A program made the translations under genes and the position numbers. From a virus (taxonomy: Duplodnaviria > Caudoviricetes), in the IMG/VR virus record IMGVR_UViG_3300027842_000093, positions 1-64,000 of that record: a stretch of DNA of 64,000 nt. The stretch is one strand, 5' to 3'. Below, piece by piece: positions 20,569 to 30,725 of this stretch. The notes below the pieces were generated by a model. The model was not told the origin of the DNA and did no database searches. It was given only the letters and a program-made list of their open reading frames with translations. Position 1 is the stretch's first letter. The number at the start of each line of letters is the position of its first letter.

Positions 20569-21012
20569 ATGAGCCCAGATAAAGACGCGGCACTTGTAAA
20601 AGACTTCCCCCACTTGTTTGGGGATAGAAGTGCTCCAATGAACCAGACGGCGATGTGTTGGGGCTTTGAGTGCTCCGATGGTTGGGAGCCATTAATACGT
20701 AGGGCGGCTGAGAAGTTAGAGCCCTTGATTGTTCAATGGATAGACGAGCGGATTAAAAACGGAGAAACAGAACAGCTAGAAATGTATGGATTTCCAAGAG
20801 CAAGTCAAATCAAAGAAAAGTTTGGGACACTAAGATTCTACTTAACAGTTGGAACTGATGAAATGCACAAGATTGTTTCCAAAGCTGAAAAAAAATCTGC
20901 AAAGATTTGTGAACAATGCGGAGCTAAAGGCAAGTTGAGAGGAACTGGTTGGGTTTTCACGATGTGCAACAAGTGTTGGAAGAAACATAAGGTTGAACGT
21001 GGAATCAAATAA
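20569..21012 (+). CDS. phage hypothetical protein (QIKEKFG motif, zinc ribbon)
   Basis: WGFECSDGW...QIKEKFGTLRFY...ICEQCG...MCNKC. Confidence 0.65.
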   Translation: MSPDKDAALVKDFPHLFGDRSAPMNQTAMCWGFECSDGWEPLIRRAAEKLEPLIVQWIDERIKNGETEQLEMYGFPRASQIKEKFGTLRFYLTVGTDEMHKIVSKAEKKSAKICEQCGAKGKLRGTGWVFTMCNKCWKKHKVERGIK

Positions 21013-21187
21013 TCCAAAATGTATTTGTGGGCACGAAAAGGCCATACACACATCTTGGGTTGAGAGATGTGTTGCTTATGACGAAGCATCTGGATTTTTT
21101 GAGCCCAAAGATTGTGAGTGCAAAAGTTTCAAACTCGACAACCTCTCTTACATTGAAGCGTTGGCTAAAGAGAGGAACTTGGTATGA
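20993..21187 (+). CDS. DNL-tag family small CxCGH protein
   Basis: CICGHEKAIH...CECKSFKLDNLSYIEALAKERNLV. Confidence 0.8.
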   Translation: MNVESNNPKCICGHEKAIHTSWVERCVAYDEASGFFEPKDCECKSFKLDNLSYIEALAKERNLV

Positions 21188-21552
21188 ACGAACCTGTTGA
21201 ACCCAAATTTCAATTGGGGGATTTTGCACGTAACACGATTCATGGGCACATTTCTTTCCTGTACAAACGTGATTCGAATACCCCCATTTATTTTGATGGG
21301 TTGGTAATTGACGTTTCTAAAATTACTGATGAGTGGCCAAAAGGATACAGACAGGTTGGAATGGTAAGAGTAGAAGTTGACGGCGAATTAGAAAAGGTAG
21401 AACCAACCCTTCCGCTGATAACCTGGGCTAAGGGATTTTTAAACAATTTGAATTTACAGCAGTACCAACAACTGGACAACCTTTCGTATATTGAGTTGTT
21501 GTACAAACTAAATGAGCAAGAAAAGGCACTGAAAAATGAAAACCCCGTATAA
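21184..21552 (+). CDS. SH3/KOW-like protein with DNL tag
   Basis: KFQLGD...QLDNLSYIELLYKL. Confidence 0.65.
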   Translation: MNEPVEPKFQLGDFARNTIHGHISFLYKRDSNTPIYFDGLVIDVSKITDEWPKGYRQVGMVRVEVDGELEKVEPTLPLITWAKGFLNNLNLQQYQQLDNLSYIELLYKLNEQEKALKNENPV

Positions 21553-21826
21553 CGCGATAAGAAACATTTTTATTCAAAGCAGTTTAACTGACGTATTGAT
21601 GGAACAAAAAGTCCAGTCTTTAGGGAAGAATTTTATGTACGCAGGAGAGTTGCGTTATTGGTTTTGGCGGTACGTTTACATGAAAGACATTACAAAGAAA
21701 ACCCTCACCCACCATTTGCTCAAAGGGGGATTTGACAATTTAACGGTGATAGAGATTGTCAACGCTTTAAATGGTACTCGTGAGATTGTAAAAGAGCTTT
21801 TAAAAGATGCTGAAGGGGCAAAATGA
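21536..21826 (+). CDS. hypothetical protein with DNL tag
   Basis: GFDNLTVIEIVNAL. Confidence 0.55.
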   Translation: MKTPYNAIRNIFIQSSLTDVLMEQKVQSLGKNFMYAGELRYWFWRYVYMKDITKKTLTHHLLKGGFDNLTVIEIVNALNGTREIVKELLKDAEGAK

Positions 21827-22173
21827 AACAAGCAATTTTAATCCGTAAGGATTTAAAATTAAAAATTGGGAAAGCTTGTAGTCAAGCGGCGCATTCTAGT
21901 GTGGGGGCATCCTTGGTCGCTTTCACGCGATTTAAGGGGGTATTTAGTGAATGGGAGTCCCAGGGTCAAAAGAAGGTAGTTCTGGGCTGTAAGAGTGAGC
22001 AGGAGCTTTTAAATGCCTACAATCAGGCGGTTCAGAAGAACATCCCAGCTTATTTGGTCAGGGATGCAGGTTTGACCACTTTCCATGGACAACCAACTAT
22101 TACGTGTTGTGCCATTGGACCCATTGATAACTGGCAAATCGACCCAATTGTTGGGCATTTGAAATTGCTATGA
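21823..22173 (+). CDS. pth2: peptidyl-tRNA hydrolase, PTH2 family
   Basis: KQAILIRKDL, GKACSQAAH, GQKKVVL, DAGLT, AIGP, LKLL. Confidence 0.92.
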   Translation: MKQAILIRKDLKLKIGKACSQAAHSSVGASLVAFTRFKGVFSEWESQGQKKVVLGCKSEQELLNAYNQAVQKNIPAYLVRDAGLTTFHGQPTITCCAIGPIDNWQIDPIVGHLKLL

Positions 22174-22373
22174 TTGCCGAAATTTGTATTTCGTGCAGTC
22201 ACAAAAGACAGAACCATTTGCCTTACGGAGGTAAGCGTAACATTCTTGTAATGCCATCGCTTGGGGAACATTGGTGCGAACATTGCGTAGGCACTGTAAA
22301 TTCTTTTCACACTTTTAAGTTGGACAACCTTTCATATATCGAAGAGGTAGCGAAAGAAAGAAAACTCGTATGA
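22170..22373 (+). CDS. DNL-tag family small Cys/His protein
   Basis: CISCSHKRQNH...FKLDNLSYIEEVAKERKLV. Confidence 0.8.
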   Translation: MIAEICISCSHKRQNHLPYGGKRNILVMPSLGEHWCEHCVGTVNSFHTFKLDNLSYIEEVAKERKLV

Positions 22374-22699
22374 AGAAACGAACAGCAAAAGTTGGCGATT
22401 TTGTAAAATGGATTGGAAGAATACCAGATAATTCTGGGCGATACGGTGTAGTATGCAAAGCTGACCCAGAAGACGACGCCTTTTATAAATACACGATACT
22501 ATGGCTTGGAAATGGAGAAGGCCTCGTAGAATTTAATTCCAGCGGATTCTCTGAGGAATGTAAAAAGATTTCAAAAATGCCAAAGAAGTATTTAAAACGG
22601 ATAGAGAAAGCTTTATTGTTCGCGCTTAACAGTTCACCAGCAACAATTACAAATCTCGATTTTGTAGAGACATTGGCAAAAATAAAAAAATTCATATGA
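22370..22699 (+). CDS. SH3/KOW-like protein with DNL-tag variant
   Basis: KVGDFVKW...ITNLDFVETLAKIKKFI. Confidence 0.65.
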   Translation: MKKRTAKVGDFVKWIGRIPDNSGRYGVVCKADPEDDAFYKYTILWLGNGEGLVEFNSSGFSEECKKISKMPKKYLKRIEKALLFALNSSPATITNLDFVETLAKIKKFI

Positions 22700-23181
22700 A
22701 CTTTGATGCCGTTGTAGAGATTCCGAAAGGTAGTAGAGTGAAATACGAATTTGATGAAAAGGCTCACCGCTTTCGAATCAACCGAGTTTTGCCAAATTCT
22801 GTTTCTTATCCGATCAATTACGGATTTATGCCCAACTCCCTTTCAACCGATGGCGACCCATCTGATATTTTGATTCCTTCTGTTGATGCGCTTGAACAAG
22901 GCTGCATCGTTGAGGTGAGGCCCGTTGGAGTGTTGTACATGATTGATGGAGGAGAAGAGGACCATAAGGTTTTCGCCGTTCCCACATTCGACACGTATTG
23001 GAAAAACATCCACAACATCCACCAAGTACCACCAGATTTGTTGATCGAAATTAAACACTTCTTCAAAATTTATAAACAGCTAGGCGGTAAGAAAGTTAAA
23101 GTGAAGCATTGGGGAAACAGAAGGGAAGCAATTAAACTGCTTAAAAAATCCATCAAGAAGTACAAGAAAGCAAATGGCTAG
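22696..23181 (+). CDS. ppa: inorganic pyrophosphatase (family I)
   Basis: EIPKGSRVKYE, YPINYGF, DGDPSD, DHKV, HFFKIYK. Confidence 0.92.
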   Translation: MNFDAVVEIPKGSRVKYEFDEKAHRFRINRVLPNSVSYPINYGFMPNSLSTDGDPSDILIPSVDALEQGCIVEVRPVGVLYMIDGGEEDHKVFAVPTFDTYWKNIHNIHQVPPDLLIEIKHFFKIYKQLGGKKVKVKHWGNRREAIKLLKKSIKKYKKANG

Positions 23182-23417
23182 ACTCTCCCGCGATTCATAC
23201 ATTCAACTCTTCGATGCCCTTCTTAGTGAAGAGCTTTATTTCAGTTCCGCCTTTGCATCCGAAGCAAACATCCTTGCGGCCACCAAGAGAATGCTGGGCC
23301 GTGCAATAAAGAACGATTGTATTCTTGGGTATTCGGACCTTGTAATTGATCCTGGGCTTAATGTCCATTTTAAAATAACTGATCCTGACAAAGACATAAT
23401 TCAAATTACCCTTCTTT

Positions 23418-23693
23418 ATGGACCTTAACGAGCATTTAGAAAAACGTAATAAGGATTTTTCACGATGGATTGAGGATGTCTGCCGTGACTGTAAGCACAA
23501 AAGATTGTTTCACTTATTTAATGAAAGCGATATTACCGACAAGAAATACCTTCACAGCAATTGCAATTTTGTTTTGGAAGTTGGTGGATTTTGTATGTGT
23601 CTAGAATACATGCCATCGGACAATCTCGACTACATAGAAATTCTTGCAAAGAAAAAAGGTTTGATTCCAGACGAAGAGGGGAAAAATGAATAG
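23418..23693 (+). CDS. DNL-tag family Cys/His protein
   Basis: CRDCKHKRLFH...CMCLEYMPSDNLDYIEILAKKKGLI. Confidence 0.8.
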   Translation: MDLNEHLEKRNKDFSRWIEDVCRDCKHKRLFHLFNESDITDKKYLHSNCNFVLEVGGFCMCLEYMPSDNLDYIEILAKKKGLIPDEEGKNE

Positions 23694-24183
23694 TGGAACA
23701 TCAACTTCTGGCCCAAGTGTAAAAATAGGCGAGGGGAGACGGTGGTTTTCTTTGAGAGAACGTTTAGATACTGTAGGTCGTTATTTCGGTTTGGGATATT
23801 TCTTTGCGTTGCCAATTGTTGTTGCATTTCTTTCCATAAAATCCGCGCTGGCTATTTTAGCTGTAGAAGCATTGGGGTATTACATTGGAATGATGATTTA
23901 CGAATTCGATAAGTGGTATAATTATAGGACGATGGGAGAGAAGCTAGAAGGCGAAGAAGAATGGTGTGAACCTTTAACGGAATCACGAAGAATTTTGAAA
24001 CGGTTTAATTACTTCAGATACAAATACGGTATTTCCCTCGACGATGTTTTTTTATTTTTGGACCGCCCTGAAATACCAATCAGAGATAATTTGGATTGGA
24101 TAGAACTCGTAAGTATTGTAAACGACCTTAGCTTGCACGTTGGGCAGCGATTTGATGAAGATGACACGAAAGGGAACGAATAA
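23686..24183 (+). CDS. two-TM membrane protein with DNL tag
   Basis: Two hydrophobic segments; RYKYGIS...RDNLDWIELVSIVNDL, similar to 41937..42347. Confidence 0.6.
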   Translation: MNSGTSTSGPSVKIGEGRRWFSLRERLDTVGRYFGLGYFFALPIVVAFLSIKSALAILAVEALGYYIGMMIYEFDKWYNYRTMGEKLEGEEEWCEPLTESRRILKRFNYFRYKYGISLDDVFLFLDRPEIPIRDNLDWIELVSIVNDLSLHVGQRFDEDDTKGNE

Positions 24184-25085
24184 TGAAAATTGGATTGATT
24201 ACCGTCGGAGGTAGCGCAAAAGGCGTAGCTATTCACTTTGCCACGATAGCAGCAATGAGAAATTTGGATCTTAAACCAGATGTTATTTTAGGAGCAAGTG
24301 CCGGGTCTATTATGGCGTCCTTCATGGCGACTGGGATGAGTTCAGAATTTATGAAGTACCACATGTCCACTTTGCGAACAAAAGATTTTTTAGACCCGCT
24401 CCCTAAATTTGAATTGCTCAAAGAATTGATTTGGAATCATGGAAGTAAATTGTACGGCTTTATTAAAGGGGATAAGTTGGCTGAGTACGTAAGTAAGAGA
24501 ATCGCTCCCAAAGATGATTTTTCAAAAACGGATATTCCATTGTACGTATCAGTAACCAATTTAAAAACATACAAGCTGACACTCTTTAATACGGGTTCGA
24601 TTTCTGAAAAAGTGCAAGCCTCATGCGCCATTCCAATGATGTTTTGCCCAAAGAAAATCGACAACCAGTATTACATTGATGGAGCGATTCAAAAGGACCG
24701 TCTTCCCAGAGCGCTATTATCCGTTCAACCGGACCTCGACTACGTAATTGTCAGCAACGCTTCCTACGATGATGAGACGGATGACAACTCTTATTTGGAA
24801 GGGGCAAAGCTGCCAATGGTAGAGATTGTGCGACGCACAATGTCGATGCACGAAAAGTTTGTGTGGCCAAAAAAGATTGGGAAAACAAAGCTCATTTATT
24901 TATCGCCTGGAACTACGGTGCCCATTGATATTTTCAACATCGACCCAACCATCATGAATTCAGTGTACCAGGACTCTCTTAAATATTCCACTTTCCACCT
25001 GGAGAAGTATTTCAAAAGGATGAAGGCAAGACAGCTACGTAAAGAACAGCAGAAACCTCCAGAGCCCCCAACACTTACTGTATGA
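24183..25085 (+). CDS. patatin-like phospholipase
   Basis: GGSAKG, GASAG nucleophile motif, ASCAIP, YIDGA. Confidence 0.88.
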   Translation: MKIGLITVGGSAKGVAIHFATIAAMRNLDLKPDVILGASAGSIMASFMATGMSSEFMKYHMSTLRTKDFLDPLPKFELLKELIWNHGSKLYGFIKGDKLAEYVSKRIAPKDDFSKTDIPLYVSVTNLKTYKLTLFNTGSISEKVQASCAIPMMFCPKKIDNQYYIDGAIQKDRLPRALLSVQPDLDYVIVSNASYDDETDDNSYLEGAKLPMVEIVRRTMSMHEKFVWPKKIGKTKLIYLSPGTTVPIDIFNIDPTIMNSVYQDSLKYSTFHLEKYFKRMKARQLRKEQQKPPEPPTLTV

Positions 25086-25414
25086 AAAATCTCTATTTGC
25101 CGGGAACTAATAAGAACGTCGGATATTTGGACAAAGATGTGTTGTATCTTTACGAACGTCATATGAAGTATTTTCCATTAACGATGGCCTCTTATATAGG
25201 GGTTGGAAGTGACATCGTAGCCCCAGTTATTTTCTCCAAAAGGGATAAGAAGGTTGAAGAAAACATTCAACTTAAAGGACACAGTGGATTTTTCTACAAT
25301 GTAGATACAAAGATGTGGATTTTTTCCAATTGCACTTTCAAAACCCCGGATAACTTGGACGTAATTGAAATGGCGTACCTTTACAAGAATTGGAACAAAA
25401 AGAAACATGAGTGA
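25082..25414 (+). CDS. hypothetical protein with DNL tag
   Basis: TPDNLDVIEMAYLYK. Confidence 0.6.
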   Translation: MKNLYLPGTNKNVGYLDKDVLYLYERHMKYFPLTMASYIGVGSDIVAPVIFSKRDKKVEENIQLKGHSGFFYNVDTKMWIFSNCTFKTPDNLDVIEMAYLYKNWNKKKHE

Positions 25415-25634
25415 TTCAGAAGGCGCAGAAGTATTAAGACAGTGGATTAAAGAGGTTGAAGAAAAATGTCGAGAGTGCAATCACATGAAAATGAGTCATT
25501 CGTATTTAGGTAAAAAATGCAACGAATTATTAAGAACAGAGTCGCCATTTCTCTGCAATTGTCAAGAGTTCGTTCCATCAGACAATCTGGATTACGTTGA
25601 ATGGTTGGCAAAGAAAAAAGGGTTGGTCCAATGA
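25407..25634 (+). CDS. DNL-tag family Cys/His protein
   Basis: CRECNHMKMSH...CNCQEFVPSDNLDYVEWLAKKKGLVQ. Confidence 0.8.
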   Translation: MSDSEGAEVLRQWIKEVEEKCRECNHMKMSHSYLGKKCNELLRTESPFLCNCQEFVPSDNLDYVEWLAKKKGLVQ

Positions 25635-25801
25635 TTGAGCCGACAATCGTGAACGTCATTTGCCCGAAATGCGAGAAAACGTGGTTGAATAAAGATTCGG
25701 AAAGTGGGGAATATTTCTGCTGCCATTGTGGGTATGCGATTACGGAAGAAGAGGCGAAGGCGGAAGCTTGGAGAAGCAAGTCGCCGTATTACGGGGAATA
25801 G

Positions 25802-26053
25802 ATGGTTGACGAAAACAATTTGAAGAAGGAAATGTCTCAGTGGATTCAAGAGAAACTTGAAAAGAACAAATTCCCTTGTGCCAAGTGTAAACATTTTGAG
25901 TCCTCGCACATTAAAGGGTTGTGCATTGGGTGCCACGATATTGAAAATGATTGGCATGGAGAAAATAGGGTGAGTTGTTACCACGTATACGAACAAATTG
26001 ACAACCTGAGTTTGATAGAATGGGTGGCAGAACAGAAAGAGGAGAAAAAGTAA
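25802..26053 (+). CDS. DNL-tag family Cys/His protein
   Basis: CAKCKHFESSH...YEQIDNLSLIEWVAEQK. Confidence 0.75.
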   Translation: MVDENNLKKEMSQWIQEKLEKNKFPCAKCKHFESSHIKGLCIGCHDIENDWHGENRVSCYHVYEQIDNLSLIEWVAEQKEEKK

Positions 26054-26371
26054 GTGGGACTGTTTGATTCACTTTATTATTTTTGTCCGTTGTGCGGTGC
26101 GGAAAATGAAACACAAAGTAAATCCGGGCCGTGCTTGTTGGATACTTTTAAATTTAAAGACGACCTTCCTCTTTGGTTGATGGAGGACTTGAATGGTTCT
26201 GAGGAGACATGCGCCAAATGTAAGAAGAAGCTGAAGCTGATTTTTGATTTGAAAGTGACGATTAAAAAGAAAGCAATTGAGCCGATTGATAATTTGGATT
26301 TCGTTGAGTTTACGTATCGAAAGCGATTAAAGGCAAAGCATAAAAGTAGAAGAAAAAATAAAGGGTTGTAA
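26054..26371 (+). CDS. zinc-ribbon protein with DNL tag
   Basis: MGLFDS...CPLCG...QSKSGPC...EPIDNLDFVEFTYRKR. Confidence 0.65.
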   Translation: MGLFDSLYYFCPLCGAENETQSKSGPCLLDTFKFKDDLPLWLMEDLNGSEETCAKCKKKLKLIFDLKVTIKKKAIEPIDNLDFVEFTYRKRLKAKHKSRRKNKGL

Positions 26372-26394
26372 AATTAAGCTGGGTGTGGTATAAT
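26366..26394 (+). promoter_or_regulatory. sigma70-type promoter
   Basis: TTGTAA-N17-TATAAT with extended TG. Confidence 0.7.
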
Positions 26395-26635
26395 TGTAAA
26401 GAGGAGAGAAAAACAATGGATGAAAAAGAATTACGACAATATTTTAACGATTTGTACGGTATCTTTTTGGGGTCAGCCCAGAAGAATGGACACGCATTGA
26501 ATCCTGATGCGATTTTGAAAGATACGGAAACACACTGGAAAGCGTTGGTAAAGCATTTGAAGGAAATTAAGGCAGAAGAAATTTAGAAGTACGGTGTACA
26601 CCAACAAAACTAAAAAACAAAGGAGAAATACTAAG

Positions 26636-26893
26636 ATGGCAAGACGCACTCTGAGCAATGAAGTAAAGCAGGGAATTCTAGATGGATTGAAGAACGGCCT
26701 TCGTCCGGCAGATTTAGCCGTGACGTTTGGCGTTAGTATCCCCACGGTCTACAATTTTAAGAACCGTGCTGCCGCTGCCGAAGCTAACACAAACGTTGCA
26801 CTGTCAGGGTTTGCTACTCCTGCGGAAGTGGGAACAGTTACGGTTCCTGTTGCAACTCGTACCGCTCGTAAGAGCACAAAAGCTTCTCGCTAA
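26636..26893 (+). CDS. small HTH DNA-binding protein
   Basis: GLRPADLAVTFGVSIPTVYNFK; AAGGAG RBS. Confidence 0.7.
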   Translation: MARRTLSNEVKQGILDGLKNGLRPADLAVTFGVSIPTVYNFKNRAAAAEANTNVALSGFATPAEVGTVTVPVATRTARKSTKASR

Positions 26894-26905
26894 GAAGCAA
26901 CAAAA

Positions 26906-26933
26906 GTGGGGTCGCTCGTGGCAAGGACCCCAC
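26906..26933. terminator. GC-rich hairpin, possible terminator
   Basis: GTGGGGTC...GACCCCAC stem directly after the stop codon; no clear U-tract on the + strand. Confidence 0.45.
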
Positions 26934-27480
26934 CAAAGATTTGGAAAGGATAAGAGAAAATGACGAGTCATCTAATCTACGTTTGTGAGAACTGCGATCA
27001 ACACTACTGCGGTAATTGTACAGATGCCGATGAATACAACAAGTTCTGTTCCAATAGATGTCAGCAAGAGTTTGAAAGCGAACACGAGCTTTTAAATAAC
27101 GAGGGTTGCTAATGGACCTGCATTACTCGATTAAGGATTTGGAGGATATTGAAATTAGAGTGCTGCGTTCTATTGGAGCATTGCAAACTAATGGAACAAT
27201 CCTGGGTGAAGAACATTCCCTCACAGTAATTAAAAAGCTCATTGAAGAAAATCGCGCTTTAAGAGATGAATTGATTCTGAGATATGGAGGGGCTAAATAG
27301 CGTGGATATTTTGAGAATCGTATGTGCTTTGATACTTACTCCCTTTGTCCTGATAAGTGTGTTACTTATGGGAACCATTTTCCTTGGATTTGTGGAAGAA
27401 TATGGAGATGACATTTTGGGCTGGGGTTTTATTCTGGGATGGCTGGCTTTAACATTCGCTGTTATTTATAAAATACTTTA

Positions 27481-27846
27481 ATGAACGTTAAATTCTTCGA
27501 TCTTGCCAAGAAGATTGCAAAGCTTTCGGATCACCCAAAATTTAAATTAGGTTGCGTAATCGTTAAAAAACGAAAAATATTGGGGAAAGGGTGTAATATG
27601 ATAAAAACTTCACCCCACTCCAATCACCCATTTAATATGATTCACGCAGAACTGTCGGCCATTTTAAATGCCGATAAACAAAGCGAAATTCGGAATGCGG
27701 ATTTTTATATTTACAGAGAAACAAAGACAGGAAAATTGGCACAAAGTTTTCCATGTTCGTATTGTTTAACTCTTTTAGAAAATTGCGGTATTAAAAATTT
27801 GTATCATACAGGAGACGGGTGTTATGTATATAGCAAACTTGTATAG
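27481..27846 (+). CDS. cytidine/dCMP deaminase-family protein
   Basis: IHAELSAI...PCSYC zinc-deaminase motifs. Confidence 0.85.
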   Translation: MNVKFFDLAKKIAKLSDHPKFKLGCVIVKKRKILGKGCNMIKTSPHSNHPFNMIHAELSAILNADKQSEIRNADFYIYRETKTGKLAQSFPCSYCLTLLENCGIKNLYHTGDGCYVYSKLV

Positions 27847-28459
27847 TCCCAGACCAACAAAACTTATCCGTACTAAAGTGCGTGAAAATGAAAATGGAAT
27901 TTTAGTAAATTCAAGAAATAAAAGAATAACCGATATTCGAGGTAAAACATTTAACAGGCTAACCGCAATTTCTTGGTTTGGAACTTCGGAAGATGCTCAA
28001 CGTGCATATTGGGTTTTTAAATGTATGTGTGGAACTGTAAAAGTTTTAAATAGCCTTTTAGTAAAACGAGGAACAACTAAAAGTTGTGGATGTTTAAAGA
28101 AAGAACAAATAAAAGAATCTGCTTTTAAGTTATTGATGAGAATGTATACCCAACATGCAGATAAAAGGCAACTTGAATTTACTTTAGCGTTTGAGGATTT
28201 TAAGAATATAATTTTACAAAAGTGTTATTATTGTGGAACCCCTCCGTCTACCCGCAGAACAAATAAAGCAAAATTAACAAAAAAGTTTGTAGTATTTTAT
28301 TCAGGCATTGATAGAGTGGATAGTGACAAGGGATACGTTAAAGGAAATGTGGTTCCATGCTGTATTGTTTGCAATCGTGGTAAAGGAGATTTGCCCGAAA
28401 AGCAATGGCTAAAGCATTTAGATAATTTAATAGAATTTAGGATGAAATCTCATGCGTGA
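27824..28459 (+). CDS. HNH-type homing endonuclease
   Basis: WVFKCMCG...TKSCGCL, CYYCG, GIDRVDSDKGYVKGNVVPCCIVCNRGK. Confidence 0.85.
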   Translation: MYIANLYSPRPTKLIRTKVRENENGILVNSRNKRITDIRGKTFNRLTAISWFGTSEDAQRAYWVFKCMCGTVKVLNSLLVKRGTTKSCGCLKKEQIKESAFKLLMRMYTQHADKRQLEFTLAFEDFKNIILQKCYYCGTPPSTRRTNKAKLTKKFVVFYSGIDRVDSDKGYVKGNVVPCCIVCNRGKGDLPEKQWLKHLDNLIEFRMKSHA

Positions 28460-28901
28460 AGTGAAGGGCAACCTCTTCGACCAAAATGTTGATGTCGTTT
28501 GTATTACGACGAATGGCAGCGTAAAAGCTGACGGCAGAGCCGTTATGGGCCGAGGGTGTGCAAAAGAAGCTGCTGAATTGTTCCCAGAGCTTCCTTTGCT
28601 TTTGGGAACCTGGATTCAATCGGTTGGGAATCACCTCCATTATCTGAAGTACTACGAAGATCGCGGATACACCGTAGCCAGTTTTCCAGTGAAACATGCT
28701 TGGAGTGAAAAGGCCGACCTTAAATTGATCGAACAATCTTGCAAGGATTTGGCTGAATCAACTGTTGAAGGTTTGAAGGTTGCTCTTCCCAGGCCGGGAT
28801 GCGGCAACGGTGGGAGAGACTGGGCGACAGAAGTAAAACCGATACTTGAGCGTTATTTGGATGACCGTTTCATTGTGGTAAGTTTCGAAAATGAATTGTA
28901 A
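28452..28901 (+). CDS. macrodomain (ADP-ribose processing) protein
   Basis: GNLFD, ITTNG, VMGRGCA, FPVK, LPRPGCGNGG. Confidence 0.85.
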   Translation: MREVKGNLFDQNVDVVCITTNGSVKADGRAVMGRGCAKEAAELFPELPLLLGTWIQSVGNHLHYLKYYEDRGYTVASFPVKHAWSEKADLKLIEQSCKDLAESTVEGLKVALPRPGCGNGGRDWATEVKPILERYLDDRFIVVSFENEL

Positions 28902-30067
28902 ACACCCACATACAAAGTTGGAAACCCTTGAACTTGAGAAACCGAGTGGAGAAGGCTGGTATCAAGTATTGAGCGAGAGTTGTTTGATTTGTGGGGAAAA
29001 ATTAAACGTGGAGGGAAAGTATGGAAACTAAGGCGAAGAAAGAAAAGAAGTTAAAGAAACTCGAATTGAAGGCTAAAAAACTTCTTGAACCCCATTTGCA
29101 TAATTTGATAGAGATACTTAAAGAAAAAGAAGAATTGCTTAAAGATAAAGAAAGGTACCCACTTGGATGAAAAAGCTAATTTGTTTGGTCCTACTTTTAA
29201 CTGGTTGTGCCACTTTCAATTTTCGAATCGTTGGATGGTACAATGAAGATACTGAAGTGTTGACAAGCAATGGAACCTTTGTTCGTATCATTGGCAACCC
29301 CCGTATTACGTGTTTCACAAAGGCTGGCACTAAACTGGCCGATGGGATTTTTGTCACGGTTCACGACAACGATTTGATCGTAGATGAATGGGGAAAAGAC
29401 TACGTGCATGTAAAAAACGATGGAAATAATTATTGTAAACTTTGGGAGCAGAAATAATGTACTGCCCACGCTGCGGCATTCTGTTACATTTGGATGAACA
29501 AAGCAAAAGGATTGACAATGCTATTACCGATAATAAAGAAGCAGAACTGTTTGTTTACAAAGGATGTGGATTTAGAAGGTCGGAAGCTTGGTGGGAATCG
29601 TTGCAGCTTGACGTTAACACGGAAATAGATTGGGGTAAGGCTGAGGAAGAGAAGTTGATAAAAGAAGATGCAGACGAGTTACCAGAAGAGTTGGCTGGAT
29701 ATTGCGAAAGTCCATGGGGAGATTGAATGGTTGAGATTCTATTCCCCAAAGCTAAAGGGCGTTTATACTGGGCCGGAATGAATATTGTTGGGCACGATAG
29801 ACGTTGGCATTTGAATGAGTTGGGAGAACAACTTACCGCACATTTTATGAGGTGGGCTTAAGTGAGAGAACGACCTTTATTTGTAACTTGCCCAAATTGT
29901 TCTGGCCACAAAGGGGTGGCCGGGAAAAGTGCTGGACCTTGGATTGGAGCACCAGCTACTTTGCTTTGCCCCAGGTGTGATGGTATGGGTGAAATTCCTT
30001 TAAACTCATTGACCGAAGAAGAGAAGAATCCCAAACCTCCTGTACGATTTGAAAGGGATGATAACCC

Positions 30068-30649
30068 TTGAGCAAGAAACAAAAATACTCTGACAATTGT
30101 ATCTTGGTAGTTGACGTGGAGAGTACCTGCCAAGAGAACAAAGATGGCCAACCACAAGAAACATTTGTCAGCGAAATTATTGAAGTTGGGTATGCCGTTC
30201 TGGATTATAAAACGAATGAAATTAAAGAGGATGGGTCCATTATTGTAAAACCCATTCAGTCAGTTGTAACCCCATATTGTACAAACCTCACGTCCCTTAC
30301 GCAGGAGATTGTTGACCGTGGAATCTCGTTCCAGGAAGCATGTGAAACACTGCAACGCGATTTAATATCCGGGGGCCGTTTGTGGGGGTCCTTTGGAAAC
30401 TACGATGTTGAAATGTTCAGAAAAGAATGCGAACGCAAAAACGTCAAGTACCCCTTTACTCCACAACACGCCAACATTAAATCGTTTTGTACTTTGATGA
30501 ACGGTGAGGTTAACGGTTTAGGCCGTGCTCTTTCCAAGATAGGGCTTAATTTTGAAGGTCGCCACCACAGTGGGAAAGATGATGCTAGAAACGCCGCTAG
30601 AATACTCCAATACTACAAAGCTAAACTTGGAGCAACAGTCCTTATTTAG
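30068..30649 (+). CDS. DEDDh 3'-5' exonuclease (ERI-1/KapD-like)
   Basis: VVDVESTC, EIIEVG, CTNLTSLTQ, FGNYD, GRHHSGKDDARN. Confidence 0.88.
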   Translation: MSKKQKYSDNCILVVDVESTCQENKDGQPQETFVSEIIEVGYAVLDYKTNEIKEDGSIIVKPIQSVVTPYCTNLTSLTQEIVDRGISFQEACETLQRDLISGGRLWGSFGNYDVEMFRKECERKNVKYPFTPQHANIKSFCTLMNGEVNGLGRALSKIGLNFEGRHHSGKDDARNAARILQYYKAKLGATVLI

Positions 30650-30674
30650 CTGATTTTTAGCATCAAAATAACTA

Positions 30675-30703
30675 TTGACAAACTCCCAAAAACCTGTTAT
30701 ACT
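30675..30703 (+). promoter_or_regulatory. sigma70-type promoter
   Basis: TTGACA-N17-TATACT with TG; GGGAGG before ATG 30726. Confidence 0.85.
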
Positions 30704-30725
30704 TAAACATAGGGAGGTAACAAAA

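Noticed and set aside
28410-28459. HLDNLIEF at the end of the HNH, VIDNLYW in 48331..48825 and VNLDLLRL in 53092..53616 as extra tags
   Set aside because: They lack the DNLx-hydrophobic-hydrophobic-E spacing and were not counted.
30675-30725. ORF-track upstream starts at 30675, 7985, 26383 and 11205
   Set aside because: These TTG/GTG/ATG starts fall inside promoter boxes or upstream genes; downstream ATGs, mostly with an SD, are more plausible.
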